DNA of 64,000 bases from the human T2T-CHM13v2.0 reference genome, Homo sapiens. Both the position numbers and the translations under genes were made by a program. The notes beneath the pieces were generated by a model. That model had not been told where the DNA came from. It saw only the letters and a program-made list of their open reading frames with translations, and searched no databases. The stretch lies in assembly GCF_009914755.1 (NCBI RefSeq), contig NC_060925.1; one strand, written 5' to 3'. Positions 57,399-64,000 of this stretch are shown here, piece by piece (the first letter of the stretch is position 1; each line of letters starts with the position of its first letter).

Positions 57399-58180
57399 TA
57401 AGTAAGCATTTTCTTGATTGAATAAGTAAGGGTATTTTTTTTCCATGTGATAAAGCCCATCTAAAAATAACGTTGTGTAAAAATAAACTATTAGAAGGTA
57501 TATGAAAGTGTAGTTGGGTACAAGGAATATATGGAACCAGGGATTCAGCATCACCAGGACCTCCATCTCTCCTAATCCCTGGTTGAATCCTGTTGCATCT
57601 CTTCAATTTTTTCTTTTCCACAACCACTAATTTAATTTAGGTTCTGATCATAATACAGGTGAATGTGTAGTGAATGATAGCAGTGGATTCCCACATGGCA
57701 AGCAAACTAAATCTTCCCCTGCCTAAGTTCACGTTGAGTGTTTTGTTGTGTGTGTAATTTCCCCTAAATACTTCCAGAGTGTCAGTAACTATTCAGTACG
57801 CTCAAATTGAGTCAGGAGTATAACAGAAGCCTTTAAAAATTACGTAAAACTAGAGAAAGTAGGTAAAAATAGTAATCCTGACTTTCATTAATCTATAACT
57901 GATCTTTCAGTAATGTATGGCCTTCTGAAATGATACTTTGTTTTTAGTTACTGTAAATGGTATGTCTGCTCTAATCAGGGTGACTGGCTTATTCATTTTT
58001 GTTTCTGTACCATACATTTGTCATTTGCTCTGACTTGAATGACTTTTCTCCATCTGTGCCAGTTCTATTACGATTGTAATTCAAGCATTTCCCCTCTAAA
58101 TGCACTGTGATCAGGCTACTTTTGACTCTCTCTGTTCTCTGCTTAGTCAATATTGGAGGTGTTGGAGAATTTTTCTTTGA

Positions 58181-58510
<330 letters not shown>

Positions 58511-58828
58511 TGAATTTTTACAAAGTGAGTCACACTTCTTATCTGTATATCCAGGAGGGAAAAACCTTAATCTATGATTGTCAGACATTCTACATTCTTG
58601 ATAATGGTTAAAAAAGAAAAATTCTTTTTCCATGTAGTTAGTATGTCACCTATCCTTTTGACAAATATTTGAGCTGGATATCATATGTCATACGATAAGC
58701 TTTATTAAAGTTAATGTTCAAGCTTTATTACCTCCCATTGGAAAGGGTGATTTGCAGGTATCTTATCCCAGACCTGTGAGATCAGTGGTTTTCAAGGTAG
58801 TCTCATACCAGCAGCATTAGCATCACCT

Positions 58829-58865
<37 letters not shown>

Positions 58866-59637
58866 GCAGGTACTCGGGCCTCACTGGAGACTTACTAGGT
58901 CAGAAAGTTGGGTGAGGCTCAGCAGCCCATTTTAGTAAGCCCTCAAGGTAATTCTGATACCCTTAATAAGACAGACCAATCGTAGAGAGCCTGAGGGCAT
59001 TTGTTTGGTTGCTAATACACCTTTTTTTGGAGTGAACGAAGTACCATGATCTTGTCAGAAGATGAGTTCAAAATAGAGCATGGCTATGTAATTAGCTGTG
59101 TGGTTTCAAAGGATTAGTTATAACACAGTTATAAAAATTAAAGGTAGTGGTTAACAGGATAGTTTTGAGGATCAAATAAATAATGAAACAAGCTTTTCAT
59201 GAACTCTTAAGGCCTATGTAAATTTCAGTTGCAAACTGTTAACGCTTATGTTTTTTTCCTTTTGGGGCCCTTATTCATACTAGTGACTTCAGTGGCTTTT
59301 ATTCACAATAGTGATCAGTTGCTAAACTTGCTTCTGATTTTGGGGTGCAGGATATGAGCTTAAGAAACGTTACATGACCTGAGATTAGGAGGTCTGGGTA
59401 TTATAATAAAGTATCAGTGCCTGACGTTTCTCTGCCTGGTTTCCTTATTTGCAAATAAAGGTAGCAAGCACTCCATTTGGTACTTCTAAAGATCTAATGA
59501 AATTGTGTGTGTTGACACTGCTTTCATTGTTGCAAGAGAAAAAGACAGTGAAATCAAAGCATCTATCATAAATGCCTGACACATAGAAGATACTTTATGA
59601 CAGCTATTTGTTATTCTTGTATATAAAACTAGCTTTA

Positions 59638-59920
59638 GGCTGGGCACGGTGGCTCATGTTTCCAATCCTACATTTTGGGAAGCCAAGGTGGGCAGATCGC
59701 TTGCATCCAGGTGTTTGAGACCAGCCTGGGCAACATGGTGAAACCCTTCTCTATGAAAAATACAAAAATTAGCCAGGCATGGTGGTGCACATGTATAGTC
59801 CCAGATACTTGGGAGGCTGAGGTGGGAGGATCATTTGAAGGTTGAGGCTGCAGTGAGCAGTGATCATGCCACTGCACTCCAGCCTGGGTGACAGAGCAAG
59901 ATCCTGTCTCAAAAAATAAA
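59638..59920 (+). mobile_element. Alu (AluJ-like)
   Basis: Sense Alu consensus. Confidence 0.9.
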
Positions 59921-61554
59921 TCTAGCCTTTTCATTATATTTCTCTTACTACACTTCTATCTCTTATTTTGAAGTTTTGTTTTAGTTCCTGAGTATTGACT
60001 CTCCAGATTCCCAAATACCAATGTCCTGTACCAGATTCTTGGTACATGGACCAGATACTTGAACACTTAAAGCACTGTTGGTGTTGTACTTTGAGAGACA
60101 CAGTGTAAGAGCTGTCATTTGTTTGCCAGCTGGTTATTTAGCTAGAGTGGCAATACCTTGCCTTGATAAAGTTACCGCTTTTCAGGTTGTAGCTTCTGCA
60201 AATCATTAGGGGTCTTGGAATTGATTTATCTTTCAGAAATAGATTCACAAACTCATTCATAACCAGAATATCCATTTGTAATGGGAAATAGAAGTTTTGG
60301 ATGACAGTTTCTTCCTAGTTCTTCCTAAGAAAATCTTTTCAAATGATAATCATTAATTTCTTCTCACACATGGATTTTGAGTGATGCAGGTTAATTGTAT
60401 CATCTAATCCAGTCTGATTTACCCATATCCATTGTAGCAATGTGTTTAACACATGAGCTAGACTTACTTCTTTCCATGACTGCTGGAGAAACATAAACCA
60501 TGTCTTATTTCATGATTACCCTTTTTTTTCTAGCTTCTAAACTGATTGTTTTCTGACTGTTTTGCTTCAGACCATGTGCATTGTATGTGGGTGTGCATGA
60601 GTGTATAATATGTTCACATGATTTGGATTAAATTTTCTTTTTATAATCAGAATTCTGTTATGTTTCCCTGATGCTGTGCATTTCTTGTTTACTGGTTAGA
60701 GTGAGTAGTTTGTATAGAAAGCTGATTTCATTTCATTGTGTATGGACATTTCTTTTTCATCCACGGAGGGTCTGATTTTTGTGGGGATTGAGGGAAGTCC
60801 CTGGCCAAGGCACCATGGTGTATTGATATGAATATGGGCTTTTGGAGTTAGACTGTTTAAATCTGGCTCTACTACTTGTAACTTGTGTGATTTGTGAAGA
60901 AATGCTTAACCTGTCAGCCTCTGTTTTCGCATCTATGAAATGGAAATAATATAACAAGTCCGTATGATAGATGGTAAGGATTTCATGAGATGATTTTATA
61001 TGTAAATGGAGATAACCATAGAGAAGAATATATGGTTAATGTAGTCCATTATCATTTCTGTATATTACTACTGGTTTGTTTGTGTTTTTTTTTTTTTTTT
61101 TTTTCATGTGTTCGGGCTGAGCTCTGAATTTCGTCTGCCTTTCTGGGTTTGTTAACTTATAGTCTATTTCTCATTGTTCTATTTCTCCACCCTCAAGTTA
61201 AGTATGGTACTCTTATTAAGAGTGGGCATCCATGCATAGCGTTAACTGTCATTGTGCATATACTGAATTGATTGCAAAAAGAATAGTCCATGTTAGACCA
61301 AGGCCACTTTTTAATTATACTTAAAGATCTTGTTGTCAGCAATTATAACTGGTTCATTTTATAGAAATACTTAAAAGATTGGGATATTCCTAGGTTTCAG
61401 AAATATTTTCAGTTTTACTTTTTATGATCCGAGAATTCGTAACACAGCTTTTATTCTTCACTATAGAATGAATACTCCACAGATTTGTGGATTATAGCCT
61501 GGGAATCAGAAATATCACTGATTCAGAGATTACCTTTTATTTTGATTTATTTAG

Positions 61555-61737
<183 letters not shown>

Positions 61738-62335
61738 TAAGATTGTAGTCTTTATTCTTGTTGAAGTTAAAATTGCTTAATATATTTTGATTACTTGTCT
61801 TTATAATCTTTTCTCTTCCTGATTTTAAAAGTGTTAAAAATTAAGATATTACAGAAATACATAATATAAAAATTGGAAATCCCCTGTAATTTACTCCTGA
61901 GGTAACAGTTTGGTCTTGTCATTTCAGGTTTCTTTTTTTCCAGTGCTTATTCTAATTAATTTATACCAACTTTCTAAAAAATGCTATTGCTTTTAAATAA
62001 TAAAGGCTAATTGGCAGTTTGTGTTTATTTTTCTTACTTTATTTTGAAATAATTTTAGATTTATAAAAGGTTTAAAGTTAGTATAGAACGTTCCTGTATA
62101 CTCTTACCTCAACTTCTGCTAAGGTTAACATCTTGGTACAGTGCTATTAACTAAACTGCAGATTGAATTATACCAGTTTTTCTGCTAATGTACTTTTTCC
62201 TGTTGCAGGAACCAACCCAGAGGATGATACTACATCTAGTATATTCATTTTAGTCTTCTGCATATATTAGAACAAAATTTATATGCTATGGTCTTTCATC
62301 TGCAACTGTTTTCCTTACATCTTAGAGAAATTTAA

Positions 62336-62629
<294 letters not shown>

Positions 62630-63178
62630 TAGCAATGCAGGGTCCCTGTTGTTAGTGAATATACTATGGTAATTGTGTCATGTACTACTTGACTTTGGGT
62701 GTATTTGTTTTTTCTTTGCCCTGTTTTTAAATGTTTGTTTCATGGTCATCTTTTTGTTTCTCATAGTCTTTCCCTTAGTTTCCATTTTTTACTTTCTTTG
62801 CCTCTTAGCCTTTTTTAGGTATATTCATAAATACACCTAAATTTCTCTACTTTAAAAGGAAGAAAAACACTTGAAGAAAAATAAACTGTCATGAAATATG
62901 TAGTAAGATAATATTATCTTTATTCTAAATCAGTTTTTTCCCCTAAGTTTTTATAGGAAATCATTTCATGAGAATACAATTATGTAGAAAGTTTATGGTT
63001 TTTTTGGTTTTGTTTTTTTAAGTGATAGGGTGTTAATTATTTGGTTAGAAATATCTTGGCTTAATTCATTAGATATCTTTGAGCATATCCAAATATTTGA
63101 TGGTAGATGTAAAAATAATATGTAGATGTAGACAGGATAAGCAGTCATTTTATAGTATTGGTGTCTTATTTATTCTAG

Positions 63179-63243
63179 ATAGTGAAGTAGAAGAAGAATC
63201 TGAAGAAGATGAAGATTATATTCCATCAGAAGACTGGAAAAAG
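63179..63243 (+). CDS. MIER1: MIER1 common exon, 65 nt (just before the ELM2 domain)
   Basis: ctag|AT...AAG|gtagtt. Encodes NSEVEEESEEDEDYIPSEDWKK. The gene continues beyond the window. Confidence 0.95.
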
Positions 63244-63438
63244 GTAGTTAGAACAATATTTTCCCAAAATTTAGATAAATTAATATTTTTTTAAAAAGCC
63301 TCGTGTAATTATTTTTTTTTTTTACTAACTATGTATATTGATAAAATCGATGTAAGCCCTTTTATGACATTTAAATGTTTGGTAAATGTTCAGATTCCTT
63401 CTTAACACATCTAGGTTAGATTAGAAATCTACATTTCT

Positions 63439-63590
63439 GGCGGGGTGTGGTGGCTCACGCCTGTTATCCCAGCACTTGGGAGGCTGAGGCAGGCGGATCG
63501 CTTGAGCCCAGGAGTTCGAGACCAGCCTGGGCAGCGTTGCGGGACCCTGTCTCATTTTATAAAACAAAACAAAAAATAAATAAAACAAAA
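63439..63590 (+). mobile_element. Alu left monomer (FLAM-like)
   Basis: Single sense arm with A-rich tail. Flanked by aaatc(t/c)acatttctg. Confidence 0.85.
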
Positions 63591-64000
63591 ATCCACATTT
63601 CTGATTTAGTCCTGAACTAGTGCCAAATTAGGCATTTGTTGCCCTGTAAAAAGTATCACGTATATGTTTTTCAATATTATGGAAAGCATTTGTGGAGGCT
63701 TTGATATTTGTTAAGTAAATTTTGTTTAGTAGTTCATATTGCAAGTTTTTCATTCTGTATTACTTTATAAAAGAAAAACTCTCCAAATGATTGAATTTAA
63801 TGTTGACATTTACAACTGATAAGCTTATTATATGAAGAAACAGATTTGGCTTCTTCGTAACTATATACAATTAATTTCTGAAATGAATCTAAAGATAATA
63901 TATTGAGATTAGTTTTTAATTATAAAATTATATAGCATATAATTAATCATACAGTTAAGTTAAAGAATTGTAAGTTATTGTAAAAGAACTGAGCTCTTAG

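Noticed and set aside
58832-58861. Isolated ~30-nt poly-T as a processed pseudogene tail
   Set aside because: It sits inside a MER5-like relic with no adjacent retrocopy body or TSD.

Overview
Primate, almost certainly human, genomic DNA. It contains the head-to-head 5' ends of DNAI4/WDR78 (minus strand; coding exons 1-2, 115 codons) and MIER1 (plus strand; alternative 5' exons 1A, 2A, 3A and 1B, then five common exons encoding the acidic N-terminus up to the ELM2 domain). Every exon has canonical GT/AG boundaries with consistent phases. The rest is intronic and repeat-rich: an MST-type MaLR provirus, a complete MER4-type ERV1 provirus with TSD/PBS/PPT, solo LTRs, L1/L2 remnants, Tigger/MER DNA transposons and about 25 Alus. 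The most interesting observations are: (1) MIER1 exon 2A reads in-frame as the post-YADD segment of an ancient L2/CR1-type LINE reverse transcriptase; (2) a perfect 35-bp inverted repeat with a template-switch signature in a MIER1 intron; (3) a layered uORF, start-stop and NAGNAG system that could select among MIER1 N-termini; (4) a SRCAP/EP400-like acidic helical motif in MIER1. Repeat subfamily names and homologies are from recalled consensus sequences, not from searches. Repeat boundaries without TSDs are approximate.
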